Notes under the pieces: generated by a model
Databases searched by the model: none
Told to the model about the DNA's origin: nothing
What the model saw: the letters and a program-made list of their open reading frames with translations, nothing else
NCBI GenBank assembly: GCA_965248355.1
Contig: OZ252098.1
Span: 2,464,001 to 2,528,000 of the forward strand
Direction: 5' to 3'
DNA: 64,000 nucleotides
Origin: Candidatus Latescibacterota bacterium
GTDB taxonomy: Bacteria; Latescibacterota; UBA2968; UBA8231
Program-made: the position numbers and the translations under genes
Part shown: piece after piece, positions 20,225-30,419 of the stretch
Numbering within the stretch: the first letter of the stretch is position 1
How the letters are laid out: each line of letters opens with the position of its first letter

Positions 20225-21588
20225 TTATGGGCGCCGCTCCGCCTCCAGCCCGTAGGCGGTGATCTTGGCCAGCAGCGTCTTGCGCGTGATCCCGAGGCGG
20301 GCGGCGGTGCGCGTGCGGTTGTGGCCCTCCTCGGCCAGGGCCTCGGCGATCGCCTGCCGTTCGACCGCGGCGAGACGTTCGGCCAGGGTGCCGACAGCCG
20401 AAGTCTCGGACGGACGGCGCAGGCGGGGCGGCAGGTCGGTCTCGTCCACCTGCCGGCCGTTGCAGAGGATGGCGGCGCCGCGGATGACGTTCTCCAGCTC
20501 GCGCACGTTTCCCGGCCAGGCGTAGGACCGCAGCAGGTCCATGGCCCCGGGCGTCACCCCATCGACCGGCCGCTCCAGCTCCGGACCGACCCGTTGCAGG
20601 AAATGCTCCACGAGCAGGGGCAGATCCTCCAGCCGCTCGCGCAACGGAGGCAGGCGCAGGGAGACGACGTTGAGGCGGTGGAACAGGTCCTCCCGGAAGG
20701 CGCCGTCCTCTACCTGCTGGTGCAGGTCGCGGTTGGTGGCCGCCACGATGCGCACGTCCACGGGGATGGCGGCGGTGCCGCCGATGCGGCTGATCTCGCG
20801 TTCCTGGAGCACGCGCAGGAGCTTGGCCTGAACTTCGGCGGGCAGCTCGCTCACGTCGTCGAGGAACAGGGTGCCGCCGCCGGCCTGCTCGAACCGGCCC
20901 TCGTGGCGGCTGCGGGCGTCGGTGAAGGCTCCTTTCTCGTGGCCGAAGAGCTCGTTCTCCACCAGGCTCGCGGGCAGAGCGGCGCAGTTCAGAGCCACGA
21001 AGGGACCCTCCCGGCGCCGGCTGAGGTTGTGCAGGGCCCGCACTACCAGCTCCTTGCCGGTGCCGCTCTCCCCCTCCACCAGGACCGTGGCCTCCGTCGG
21101 GGCCACCCGCGTCACCTGGGCGCAGACCTCCCGCAGGGCGCCGCTGATGCCGACGACGTTGTCGAGAGCGTAGCGCTCGTCCAGTTGCTCGCGCAGGGCG
21201 GCGACCTCTCCGCGCAGCCGGCGCCGTTCCAGGGCGCGGCGCACCAGGGAGAGCAACTCGTCGTTGTCGAAGGGTTTCTCCAGGTAGTGGAAGGCCCCCT
21301 CCTGGATGGCGCGCACCGCCGTGGCGACGCTCCCGTAGGCGGTCATCATCACCACCTCGCCCATCCCCCGGCGCGCAGGCCGGCCATCGTCTCGAGGCCG
21401 TCTCGTCCGGGAAGGGTGAGGTCCATCAGCACGAGGTCCGGCGGCTCTTCCGCCGCGGCGCGCAGACAGGCCTCCCCGGACTCCACCGACCGCGGGTCGA
21501 GCCCCTCTTCCCGCAGCAGGAGGGTCACGATCTTCCGGATGCGGGCTTCGTCGTCGACGATGAGGACGCGGTCCGGAGCGCGGGTCAT
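20225..21588 (-). pseudogene. Sigma54-dependent response regulator (NtrC/ZraR-like), frameshifted in the receiver domain near 21365
   Basis: MTRAPDRVLIVDDE...DLVLMDLTLPGRDG lies in one frame; GEVVMMTAYG...GESGTGKE...GAFTDA...LGITRKTLLAKI lies in another. Span of 1364 nt is not a multiple of 3. May be a sequencing error. Confidence 0.8.
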
Positions 21589-22814
21589 CGCGCCCTCCCG
21601 TCGGAGGGCAGGCGGACGTGCACGGTGGTGCCGGCGCCGGGGCGGCTCTCGATGTCGATCCGGCCGTCGTGCCGCGAGACGATCCCGTAGCACACGGCCA
21701 GGCCGAGGCCGGTGCCCTCCTCGCGGGTGGTGAAGAAGGGATCGAAGACGAGGTCCAGGTCCTCGGCGGGGATGCCGGTGCCCGTGTCGGCGACGCTGAC
21801 GCGGAGGGTGTGATCGGAGCGAACCAGCCCGAGGGAGAGGCGGCCGCCCTCGGCCATGGCCTGCAGCGCGTTCATGCACAGGTTGAGAAATACCTGCTTC
21901 AACTGGTCCGGGTCGCCGCGCGTGCGTCCCTCCGCCTCCGGCAGGACGAGCTCGACCCCCTGGGACCGGGCGGCGCTGTCGAGCAGGCGTCCGACCTGGC
22001 GAAGCAGGGCCGACACGTCGACCTCCTCGAAGTGGGGCGGCGAGGGCCGCGCGAAGGAGAGGAGACCGGCGATGATGCCGTTGATGCGGTCCACCTCGGC
22101 GAGCAGCTCGTCCACGAGGACGGCCTTGTCCGAGCCCTCCTGGAATTCCGGACGGAGGTACTGGATCGTGCTGCGGATGCTGGTCAGGGGATTGCGTATC
22201 TCGTGGGCCGCCCCGGCGGCCAGCTCCCCCAAGGTGGCCAGCCGCTCGGCCCGGTAGAGACCGCGCACGCGCTGGCGTCCCTGGCGCAGGAGCAGGGCGT
22301 TGTGCAGGGCCAGGCCGAAGAGGGGCAGGAGGTCGCGGAGAAGGTCCTCGCGCTCGGACGGAGAGACGCGGACCCCACCCAGCAGGAGAAGACCCACGAG
22401 GTGGTTCATGGACACGACGGGATGGATCACGTCGATGCCGAGGCGCTGCAGGAGGTTGTTCTCGGAATCTGTGAGGTAGTCTCGCACCTGCGGCGCCTCG
22501 AGCAGGTCGAGAGCGGTCTCGTTCACAACGAGCCACTTCACCAGCCGGCTGTCGCGGCCGAAGCTCAGGTCCGTGAGCGCGGCTTCATCGCAGCCGCGGT
22601 GACAGAACGGCGCGAAGGGCTCGCGCCCATCCTCAGCCAGGAGAAGAGCGGCGCGCCGGGCGCCGAGGGCGGTGCGGAGGCGGGCCACCTCTCCCTCGGC
22701 CAGGGGCTCGAGGTCCGTCACCAGGCCCAGGGCCGTCGTGGGGCCGGGCCGGTGGTCCACGGCCTCGCCGCGCGATGGCGCCCGCCGGCGGAACCACGAC
22801 ATGACGGGCCTCAC
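21585..22814 (-). CDS. Sensor histidine kinase (GAF-like + HisKA + HATPase_c), no obvious transmembrane segment
   Basis: H-box AAHEIRNPL, N-box QVFLNLCMNA, DTGTGI, FDPFFTT, GTGLGL; ATGA overlap with the regulator. Confidence 0.92.
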   Translation of the reverse strand: MRPVMSWFRRRAPSRGEAVDHRPGPTTALGLVTDLEPLAEGEVARLRTALGARRAALLLAEDGREPFAPFCHRGCDEAALTDLSFGRDSRLVKWLVVNETALDLLEAPQVRDYLTDSENNLLQRLGIDVIHPVVSMNHLVGLLLLGGVRVSPSEREDLLRDLLPLFGLALHNALLLRQGRQRVRGLYRAERLATLGELAAGAAHEIRNPLTSIRSTIQYLRPEFQEGSDKAVLVDELLAEVDRINGIIAGLLSFARPSPPHFEEVDVSALLRQVGRLLDSAARSQGVELVLPEAEGRTRGDPDQLKQVFLNLCMNALQAMAEGGRLSLGLVRSDHTLRVSVADTGTGIPAEDLDLVFDPFFTTREEGTGLGLAVCYGIVSRHDGRIDIESRPGAGTTVHVRLPSDGRAR

Positions 22815-22923
22815 GAAGGTGGTCCGGCCCGGCGGCAGGGCCGGGGCTGGTCGCGGAAGATGCAGAAGATGCCCACGTGCCAGAAGCTACCGTGAAGCGG
22901 TTCGGTGATCCACGACCGCGGCG

Positions 22924-24240
22924 TCAGCGGACGTCGTACCGCCGGAAGGAGAAGTAGGCGCCGAGGAAGCAGGCGCCGTTGGCGATGACCAGGACCAGCA
23001 GGGGGGCCAGGGCCGCGTCGAGGCGTTCGCGCAGGGGCGGTGGGCGAAACTGGAATCGGGGCACCTCTTCTGCAGCAACCGGCTTCATGGAGAAGGGGCC
23101 CCATGAAAAAGGATCCATCTCGTGCTCGCTGTCGGGATCCTGGGCGTCTTCCGCCCGAAGGAACTCGGCAAACTCCCGCCGGTGTTCGTGTGCTTGTTCG
23201 ACGAAAGCACTGTACCGAGCCACACCTGTGACGGTCAGTGCCTCCGACGCGAGACTCAGGGCTGCCACAGGGGACACGAGGGTGGCCTTGCGGGCCACCT
23301 CGACCTGACGAACAAGCAGGGTCCAGTAGTGCCTGAAGGCCTGCTCAACTCGCCGCCGCCGCTCCTCGCGCCCAAGGCCCGGCTCCTGGTCGTGCAAAGC
23401 CGCCCGCTCTGCTTCGGAATGGCCTGGAACCTCCACGAGGTATTCCCCCGCAAGTAGCCCCGCCTGAGGAAGGAACACAGCGAGAAGCGCCCAGAAGACC
23501 AGGCCTGCGAGCAGGGCCAGCGCCGAGTTGTGGGTCCGGCTCGAGGTCCAGAGGCCCAGCCAGAGAAAGACGGAAACGCAGAGAAGGGCGGCGATCCCCA
23601 CGCCCACCAGAGGGGGCCATCCTTCTCCGGGCAATCCCTCCCCGAGCAACTGGATGACGGCGACGGCGGCCACGGCGCCGGTCAGGATCGGCGCCGCGGC
23701 CATGGCAAGACCGGCGAGGTACTTGGCGATCAGCACCTGGTGGCGGGGCACCCGGTTGGCCAGCAGTTGCCGCAGGCATCCACGCTCCTTCTCGCCGGCG
23801 ACGCCGTCGTAGGTCAGCAGCAGGGCCATCAGCGTGCCCAGGGTACCGACGATGAATACCCAGTCGGGGTCGAGGCGGAACAGCAGCGGGTTGGGATCGC
23901 CCCGTCGCTCGAAACCGCCCACGCGCATCGAACGCCAGATGATGGCCACGTTCGGCAGGCCGCGACTGTAGCCGCCGCTGGCGAAAGTCAGGCCGGATGA
24001 CGGCAACCAGAGGTTCTGGTCGGTGAAGAGCAGCTTCGACAGGCTCTGGTGTGCCGAGCTCTCGATGGCCTCTTCATACTCCTCTACGCCAAACCGATGG
24101 CCCTTGCGCTCTTCATCTATGCGCAGGTTCCAGACGGCAGCGCCGAGGACGAAGAGCCCCACGATCGTCACGAAGCTGACAGCAAAGCGCAGGCTCCTCA
24201 GGTGCTCGAGGAGCTCCTTCCAGACGAGTACGCCGAGCAC
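22924..24240 (-). CDS. ABC-2 family transporter permease
   Basis: KELLEHLRSLRF, YDGVAGEKERGCLRQLLANRVPRHQVLIAKY, C-terminal FRRYDVR. Confidence 0.88.
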   Translation of the reverse strand: MLGVLVWKELLEHLRSLRFAVSFVTIVGLFVLGAAVWNLRIDEERKGHRFGVEEYEEAIESSAHQSLSKLLFTDQNLWLPSSGLTFASGGYSRGLPNVAIIWRSMRVGGFERRGDPNPLLFRLDPDWVFIVGTLGTLMALLLTYDGVAGEKERGCLRQLLANRVPRHQVLIAKYLAGLAMAAAPILTGAVAAVAVIQLLGEGLPGEGWPPLVGVGIAALLCVSVFLWLGLWTSSRTHNSALALLAGLVFWALLAVFLPQAGLLAGEYLVEVPGHSEAERAALHDQEPGLGREERRRRVEQAFRHYWTLLVRQVEVARKATLVSPVAALSLASEALTVTGVARYSAFVEQAHEHRREFAEFLRAEDAQDPDSEHEMDPFSWGPFSMKPVAAEEVPRFQFRPPPLRERLDAALAPLLVLVIANGACFLGAYFSFRRYDVR

Positions 24241-24245
24241 GGCGG

Positions 24246-25790
24246 TCAGCCGATCTGGCGCCGGACGAGCCAGCGCAGGCCGAGGAAGAAGGCGAGGATG
24301 TTGGCGGCCAGCAGCGCGGCAAAGTCGGGGCCTGCGCCACCCAGGAAGGTGGCGACGGAGGGACGGTAGTCCGGGAAACGAGGCACCCGGGATGTGTCAA
24401 CCCCGTCTCCGAAGCCAAGAAGCCGCCGGTCACGTGCTTCCCACCGTCGCCGGGTCTCCTCGCGCGAGTGCAGCTTGTCTTCCGGTACCGGACTGAAGAA
24501 CAGGACCGAGGTGAACAGGCCCTGCTCCCGCATCCAGGCGGCCAGGGTGGCGCGGTGCCTGCGGGCGTGTTCGATGAACCCCTCGAAGGAGCGCAGGTCG
24601 GTACCCGCCAGGGCCGACACGGCGTTGCGGAAGGCGGGGGCGACGAAGAGGCGGCTCAGCTTGCTCGTGAGCCCCACCTGCCGGGCCCGGGCATGGACGA
24701 GGCGGTCCTCCACCTCGGCGATGTCCCTCCCGGCGGCGATCCGTCGCGGCTCGAAACGGCCATAGAATTCGGTGAGAACCGGAACGGTCTCTCTGAACAA
24801 CTCGGAGACTCCGGCTACGCCTCCCACGGATATGTCGGCAAACATCATGGTACTCCCGAACATGCTGTAGTCCCTTCCAAGCCGGCGGCCGTAGTCCTCG
24901 CCCATCTCCATGAAGCGGTCAAAGAACTCATCGCTCAGCCTGCGGTCGATCTCCTCCCACTGCGCCTTCAGTTCCCGCTCCGGCGGCAGCGGCACCACCT
25001 CCCCCACCACGTAGGCCGTGGCCGCGGGGGCCGCGATCGTACAGCCGGCCCAGACCGCGATGCAGGCCACCAGGGCCGTCCCCGACTGGCGGGCCCGGGA
25101 CGAGACCGCCAGACCCGCCAGGTAGAACGCCGACGTGTAGAGCAGCACCGTGGCGAAGATCAGTCCCACCCGCAGCCATTGCCCCCCGGACAGGGACACC
25201 CGCGGCGAGCCGGCCAGGATCAGCGTCGCAAGGAGGAAACCGACCGTCGCCGGCAGCAGACTGCACGCCCCGCCCCCCAGCCACTTGCCCACCAGGATCT
25301 TCCAACGGGCGACGCGATTGGCCGCCATCAGCTTGAGGGTGTTCCCCTCCTGCTCCCCCGAGACCGCGTCGAAGGCGAAGAACAGGGCCATGAGGCTGAA
25401 GAGCAGGCCCGCCACCGTGGCCAGGTCGAAGGGCGGGAAGGCGGCCACCAGCGGGTTCGTCTCCTTCTTCCAGGTCAGCATGGTGGGCACCTTCGCGTGG
25501 GAGAACCGAAGGATCGTCCCCATGCGCTTCTCCAGCCCCTCGCTGAACACGCTCAGCGGCGAGGGCGGCCGCGATACGGTCTCCTCCAGCTGGGCGTAGA
25601 ACTTGATGTCCTCGAGGTCGGCGCGGATGCGCGCCAGCTCGACCTCGTGGGCGTCGAGCCGCCGGGCGTAGTCGGCGCGCAGGACCACGGCGCTCACCGA
25701 CATCAGCACGACGCTGGCGGTCACGGCCAGGCCGAAGCGCCAGGTCAGCAGGCAGGTGAGGAACTCCTTGGCGGCGATGGTGAGGATCAC
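24246..25790 (-). CDS. ABC-2 family transporter permease
   Basis: IAAKEFL, FDAVSGEQEGNTLKLMAANRVARWKILVGKW; multiple TM helices. Confidence 0.88.
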   Translation of the reverse strand: MILTIAAKEFLTCLLTWRFGLAVTASVVLMSVSAVVLRADYARRLDAHEVELARIRADLEDIKFYAQLEETVSRPPSPLSVFSEGLEKRMGTILRFSHAKVPTMLTWKKETNPLVAAFPPFDLATVAGLLFSLMALFFAFDAVSGEQEGNTLKLMAANRVARWKILVGKWLGGGACSLLPATVGFLLATLILAGSPRVSLSGGQWLRVGLIFATVLLYTSAFYLAGLAVSSRARQSGTALVACIAVWAGCTIAAPAATAYVVGEVVPLPPERELKAQWEEIDRRLSDEFFDRFMEMGEDYGRRLGRDYSMFGSTMMFADISVGGVAGVSELFRETVPVLTEFYGRFEPRRIAAGRDIAEVEDRLVHARARQVGLTSKLSRLFVAPAFRNAVSALAGTDLRSFEGFIEHARRHRATLAAWMREQGLFTSVLFFSPVPEDKLHSREETRRRWEARDRRLLGFGDGVDTSRVPRFPDYRPSVATFLGGAGPDFAALLAANILAFFLGLRWLVRRQIG

Positions 25791-25836
25791 GGGGGTTCAG
25801 CCTCTCATGCGTCGCCAGCCGTCGACGACCCGTGTG

Positions 25837-27156
25837 TCAACGGACGTCATACCGCCGGAAGGAGTAGAAGGCGCCCAGGAAGAACAGCAGGTTGTACAGG
25901 AGTAGGATCACGACGCTGGCCGCGGCGCCGGCGAAGCGCTCGGCGAGAGTGGGGGACAGGAAACGGAAGCGGGGGGCCTTCTCCTTGGCTGCCCGGGCCG
26001 CGGCCAACGAGGCCTCCATGGCGGCGACTTCCGCGGGGGACTCGGGGTCGTAGTACGAGGGGCTGTCAAGGGACAGTCCGGCGGCGTAGTCGAGGAAGTG
26101 GCGCCGGTAGGCCTCGGCCTGGGCGAGGTAGTCGCGGTAGTGGACGATGCCGGTGGAGGAGATCGCCTCGGCAAAGTAGCGGTACGCGGTAACGGCCGAG
26201 ATGTGGGTGACCGCCTGGGCGACATCCATCTGACCAAGGTTGCGCTGCCAGTGGTCCTGGCGGGTCCGGGCCACCATGTCGGCGGTGTCTTCGTCCCAAT
26301 GTTCCCGCCAGATCCGCTGCAGGTCGCGCTCCAGATCGCTTTGGCTGGGCGCCGGGGCGAGGTGCCTGGCCACGAGGCTGCCGCTGCCGGGGATGAAGAC
26401 GGCGAGCACCGACCAGACCACGAGCCCGGCCATCAGAGCCAGGGCGGCGTTCCCCGTCCTGCAGGAGATGAACAGGCCCAGCCACACGGCTGCGGACAGG
26501 CAGATGAGGCCGGCTGCGAGGCTGGCCAGGGTGGCGCCCCAAACCCCTGCCGACAGCTCGATGGTGCCTGCCAACCCCATGAGCAGCAGGCCGAGGACGG
26601 CGCCCACCAGGACCGGGATCGACACACTGAGCAGGGAAGCGGCGTACTTGCCGAGCAGGAGGAGGTGGCGGGGAACCGGATTGGCAAGGGTCTGCCTCAG
26701 GGTGCCCCCTTCCTTCTCGCCCGCGATGCTGTCATGGGTCAAGAGCAGGGCCAGCAAGGTACCGAGGAAGCCGATGATGAAGGCCCAGTCGATGTCGCGG
26801 CGCAGGAGGAGAGGATTGCGGTCCCCCTTTTCCTCGAGCTTGATCCCCTGCTCGCTTACCCGGGCGTGGTTGGGCATGCCGCGGTCATGGCCTCCGGCGA
26901 TGAAGCCGAGAGGGCTCAGGGGACGGCGCAGCTCGGGGCTGGCAAGAGTGGTGCCCCCGTCGCGGCGCGAGGCGAACCCCACGCCCGTCTCCGCCCGTCT
27001 GACCACCTCCTGCTGGGTGGCGGCGTCGCGGACATGGCGGACGTTCCACGAGACGGCGCTGGCGACGAAACAGCCCACGATGAGGACGAAGCCGACGGCG
27101 AAGCGAAGGCTCTGGAGCTGGTCGAGCAGCTCTCGCCGCAGGATGACGCCCAGCAT
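25837..27156 (-). CDS. ABC-2 family transporter permease
   Basis: ATG 27156 overlaps the upstream TGA; HDSIAGEKEGGTLRQTLANPVPRHLLLLGKY; FRRYDVR. Confidence 0.88.
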   Translation of the reverse strand: MLGVILRRELLDQLQSLRFAVGFVLIVGCFVASAVSWNVRHVRDAATQQEVVRRAETGVGFASRRDGGTTLASPELRRPLSPLGFIAGGHDRGMPNHARVSEQGIKLEEKGDRNPLLLRRDIDWAFIIGFLGTLLALLLTHDSIAGEKEGGTLRQTLANPVPRHLLLLGKYAASLLSVSIPVLVGAVLGLLLMGLAGTIELSAGVWGATLASLAAGLICLSAAVWLGLFISCRTGNAALALMAGLVVWSVLAVFIPGSGSLVARHLAPAPSQSDLERDLQRIWREHWDEDTADMVARTRQDHWQRNLGQMDVAQAVTHISAVTAYRYFAEAISSTGIVHYRDYLAQAEAYRRHFLDYAAGLSLDSPSYYDPESPAEVAAMEASLAAARAAKEKAPRFRFLSPTLAERFAGAAASVVILLLYNLLFFLGAFYSFRRYDVR

Positions 27157-28742
27157 CACACCACCTCCCGGCGCAGGAATCCATGCACGGCGAGCATCAG
27201 CAACAGGACGTTGGCCAAGGCCAGGAGGGCCAGGTCCACGGCGGCGTGGGGCAGCACGATGGACAAGGTCGCGCGGTAGGGCGGGAAGGCGGGCAGCCCA
27301 CTCAGGTCCGCCGAATCCCACTCCCGGATGTCGGTAGCGCCCACGATGTCCCAGAGCATGGCTCTCATCTTCGCCCGCGGCAGGTCGGTTCGCGACCTCA
27401 TCTCCTCCACGAAAGCTCTCAACTCCTGCCGGCCAACGGCCCGGTCCACGTCGTCGGGGGTGAAGTAGCGGGGAGAGGAGAAGATCCCGCTCTCGCGGAG
27501 CCAGGCGACCAGGTCCTGGCGGCAGCGGCGGGCGTGCTCGATGAAGCCGTGGTAGGACGACAGGTCGGTGCCGGCCAGGGCGGCAACGGCCCCGGGGAAG
27601 GCGGGGGCTACCAGGAGGCGGCGGACCGTCCGGTCGAGCTGGACCTGGGCGATTCGGTCGGCCAGGACCTGGTCATCGAGGCGCCCGACCCTCTCGGCGT
27701 CGCGGATGCGCTGCGGCTCGTAGTCGCCATAGAAGGCCTGGACCTTACCAATGAGTTCGCGGTGGAAGCCGCTGCCGATCACCGTGCTCTGAAGGAGACC
27801 TCCGCCGGAGCGGCGATTCCCACTGGGGAGGCGATCTTCGTCGAGCAGCTTCCGCAGTTCCCTCATCCCGTAGCCGATCTCATACTGCTCGACGTTCTTC
27901 CGCACCTCCCGCGCCTCTCTCTCCCCCTCCATGGGCATCAGCTCCCCCACGAGGTAGGCCGAGGCGGTGGGCAGCACCACCGTGAGCACGGCCCAGATGG
28001 AGATGGCCACCACCAGGCCCGTGGCCGGCCGGTCGACGCGCACCGACAGCCAGAGCCCCAGGAGGTAGAAGACGGAGGCGTAGAGCAAGGTGGCCGCGAG
28101 GATCAGGGCGATGCGCAGCCACTCGTCGCCGGTGAAGTGCACCGCCGGCTCGCTCAAGGCCACGAGGAGGGCGACGGCGAAGCCGGCCACCACCGGCAGG
28201 CCGGTGCAGGCCAGGCCGCCGAGCCACTTCCCGAGAAGCAGGTGCGCCCGCGGCACGGGGTTGCTGAAGAGCAGGGAGAGGGTGCCGGCCTGGCGTTCGC
28301 CCGAGACCGAGTCGTAGGCGAAGAACAGGGCCACGAGGCTTAGCAGCAGGGCCGAGATCGTGGCCAGATCGAAGACGGGGAAGGCGTGCATGAGGGGATT
28401 GCTGTCCTGGGGCGCGGACAGCAGGGTGGGGACCGAGCCGTGGGAGAAGTGCAGGACGTTGCCGAGACGGTCCTCGAGACCTTCTCCGAAGATGGCCAGG
28501 GGAGTCGGCGGCCGATGGGTGAAGGGCGGGTACTCGAGGAGCTGGGCGTAGACCTTGATGTTGTCCAGCTCCGCCCGGGCTCCGACTACCTGCACCTCGT
28601 GGGCCTCGACCCGCAGGGCGTACTCGTCGACGAGGGCGTACGCGCTCAGGCCCATCAGCACCGCGCACGCCCCGAAGGCCATGGCGAAGCGGTAGGTCAG
28701 CACGCCGGCCAGGAACTCCTTGTAGGCGATGGCGGCGATCAT
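27156..28742 (-). CDS. ABC-2 family transporter permease
   Basis: IAYKEFL, YDSVSGERQAGTLSLLFSNPVPRAHLLLGKW. Confidence 0.88.
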   Translation of the reverse strand: MIAAIAYKEFLAGVLTYRFAMAFGACAVLMGLSAYALVDEYALRVEAHEVQVVGARAELDNIKVYAQLLEYPPFTHRPPTPLAIFGEGLEDRLGNVLHFSHGSVPTLLSAPQDSNPLMHAFPVFDLATISALLLSLVALFFAYDSVSGERQAGTLSLLFSNPVPRAHLLLGKWLGGLACTGLPVVAGFAVALLVALSEPAVHFTGDEWLRIALILAATLLYASVFYLLGLWLSVRVDRPATGLVVAISIWAVLTVVLPTASAYLVGELMPMEGEREAREVRKNVEQYEIGYGMRELRKLLDEDRLPSGNRRSGGGLLQSTVIGSGFHRELIGKVQAFYGDYEPQRIRDAERVGRLDDQVLADRIAQVQLDRTVRRLLVAPAFPGAVAALAGTDLSSYHGFIEHARRCRQDLVAWLRESGIFSSPRYFTPDDVDRAVGRQELRAFVEEMRSRTDLPRAKMRAMLWDIVGATDIREWDSADLSGLPAFPPYRATLSIVLPHAAVDLALLALANVLLLMLAVHGFLRREVV

Positions 28743-28791
28743 GGGTCGACGGCTTCCTCGGCAGGGTCAGCGCGGATCACGCGGTTGCGCC

Positions 28792-29499
28792 TCACGCGGC
28801 GCGCATGTAGTCGAGGTAGATGCGCTCCAGGTCCTCCGACTTCAGCTCCTCCCGGTCGCGCACCATCACCAGGTGGCCGTCCTTCATGATCCCCACGCGG
28901 TCGGCGATCTCCCGGGCCCGGAAGATGTCGTGGGTGGAGATGAAGACCGCCTTGCCGGCGTCGCGCATCTCCATCAGCAGGTCGCAGAAGTCGGCGGCGC
29001 CGGCGGGATCGAGGCCCGAGGTGGGCTCGTCCATGACCACCACGGGGGCGTCCTTCACCAGAACCGCGGCGATGCCGAGGCGTTGGCGCATCCCCTTGGA
29101 ATAGGTGCGAACCCGCATCCCGAAGGCCCGCTCCGGCAGACCGACGCGGCGCAGGGCCATGGCATACTCCTCCCGCGTGCACCGCTTGCCCGCGAGCCGG
29201 GCGAAGAAGTGGAGGTTCTGCAGCCCGGTGAGATTGCCGTACAGGGTCACGTTCTCGGGCAGGAAAGAGACGCGCTCCTTGGATTCCAGGGGATTCTCGA
29301 CCACGTCGACGCCGTCGATCACCGCCGTCCCCTCCGTGGGATCGATGAACCCCAGGACCAGGTTGATCGTCGTCGTCTTGCCCGCCCCGTTGGCCCCGAG
29401 GAGGGCAAACAGCTCCCCCCCGCTCACGGTCAGGTTGAGGTGGTCGAGGGCCAGGACCCCGTCCTCGTAGCGCTTCGTCAGGTCGATCGCCTGCAGCAT
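28792..29499 (-). CDS. ABC transporter ATP-binding protein
   Basis: Walker A GANGAGKTT, signature YSKGMRQR, Walker B VVVMDEP, H-loop STH. Confidence 0.95.
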   Translation of the reverse strand: MLQAIDLTKRYEDGVLALDHLNLTVSGGELFALLGANGAGKTTTINLVLGFIDPTEGTAVIDGVDVVENPLESKERVSFLPENVTLYGNLTGLQNLHFFARLAGKRCTREEYAMALRRVGLPERAFGMRVRTYSKGMRQRLGIAAVLVKDAPVVVMDEPTSGLDPAGAADFCDLLMEMRDAGKAVFISTHDIFRAREIADRVGIMKDGHLVMVRDREELKSEDLERIYLDYMRAA

Positions 29500-29548
29500 G
29501 GTCTGGTTCTCACTTGGTGGTGGTTCAAGGTGATGACGGGATTTACGA

Positions 29549-29564
29549 CGCAACACCCGTGCCG
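29549..29564 (-). promoter_or_regulatory. Sigma54 -24/-12 promoter of the ABC/two-component operon
   Basis: Minus strand CGGCACG-GGTG-TTGCG is near consensus, about 50 bp upstream of the ATPase ATG. Confidence 0.78.
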
Positions 29565-29879
29565 GGATGCGTGAGTCGCCACAACTGATTGAGAGGCAGG
29601 AACTTGTGTGTCTACGGGAAATCCCCCGGGAAGCGTCCAGCTGGGTAGGCAGGGAACAGCGCGGTGTCGATCAGTCGGCTCAACCCATTGGCGGCCAAGG
29701 AGATAGTGCTGCTGGATCTCTTCTATACAGTGACGATGAGCAGGTCGCCCAACGGCTCTCATCGAGGCGGGCCTCTCAGACTGCTTTGACCGCGAATGGC
29801 GCGCCCGACGACCGGCGGATGCGCGGCAGCTCGACGCTGGAGTCGTAGACATGATTTCCGGCCTGCGCGAATCGGGATA

Positions 29880-29967
29880 GGTTGCCCATGTCAGACGACC
29901 CTTCAAGTACCGCTTGCGGCTGTTCACACCGCGTATACCTTCGTCCGGCCAAGTGACCATGGCGCCA
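29880..29967 (+). repeat. 88-bp dispersed direct repeat, copy 1 (contains a sigma70-like promoter)
   Basis: Aligns by eye with 38769..38856 apart from about 10 differences; TTGCGG-N16-TACCTT. Confidence 0.85.
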
Positions 29968-29982
29968 AAAGAGGAGTAGGGA

Positions 29983-30228
29983 ATGTCGGAGGAATACCGG
30001 CTTCATCTTCAAGTCAGACGAGTAGAAAACGGCCAGTACCTGACCACCTCAGAGGATCTCGCCGGCTTGGTGGCCCAGGGGCGAACAGTCGCTGAAACGG
30101 TGGAAATTGCTCGAGATGTGGCAAGAAAGCTGGTTGAGTCCTGCAGGGAACATGGCGACCAATTGCCGGATGGCTTGCGCACGATGAATATGGATATCGT
30201 TGAACTGGATATTCCCGTCGGTGTCTGA
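29983..30228 (+). CDS. hicB: HicB-like antitoxin
   Basis: YLTTSEDLAGLVAQGRTVAETVEIARDVARKLVE...GDQLP; GAGGAG SD. Confidence 0.82.
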   Translation: MSEEYRLHLQVRRVENGQYLTTSEDLAGLVAQGRTVAETVEIARDVARKLVESCREHGDQLPDGLRTMNMDIVELDIPVGV

Positions 30229-30317
30229 TGGGTCGGAACCCTGTTACTCGACATCGAACGACTATTCCCAATCACTCGGGGGATTTGCCGGAGGGCACCG
30301 TATCTGCGGTCCTGTTT
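30228..30317 (+). pseudogene. hicA: HicA toxin remnant with internal deletion
   Basis: TGATG coupling to hicB. MGR is fused directly to NPVTRHRTTIPNHSGDLPEGTVSAVL; the N-terminal helix and GSH motif are missing. Confidence 0.7.
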
Positions 30318-30419
30318 ATGGCCAACCCTCCGGTCACCGGCGAGCAGCGGCGAGGGCCGGCCCGACCGGCGCACCAAGGCCCCGAGGCGATGGTCGCTCG
30401 TGTCGAGGGAGGCGCCGCT

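Noticed and set aside
20128..22890. Additional TGGCA-containing sigma54-like boxes near 20140 and 22880 on the minus strand
   Set aside because: They lack the obligatory GG-N10-GC spacing.
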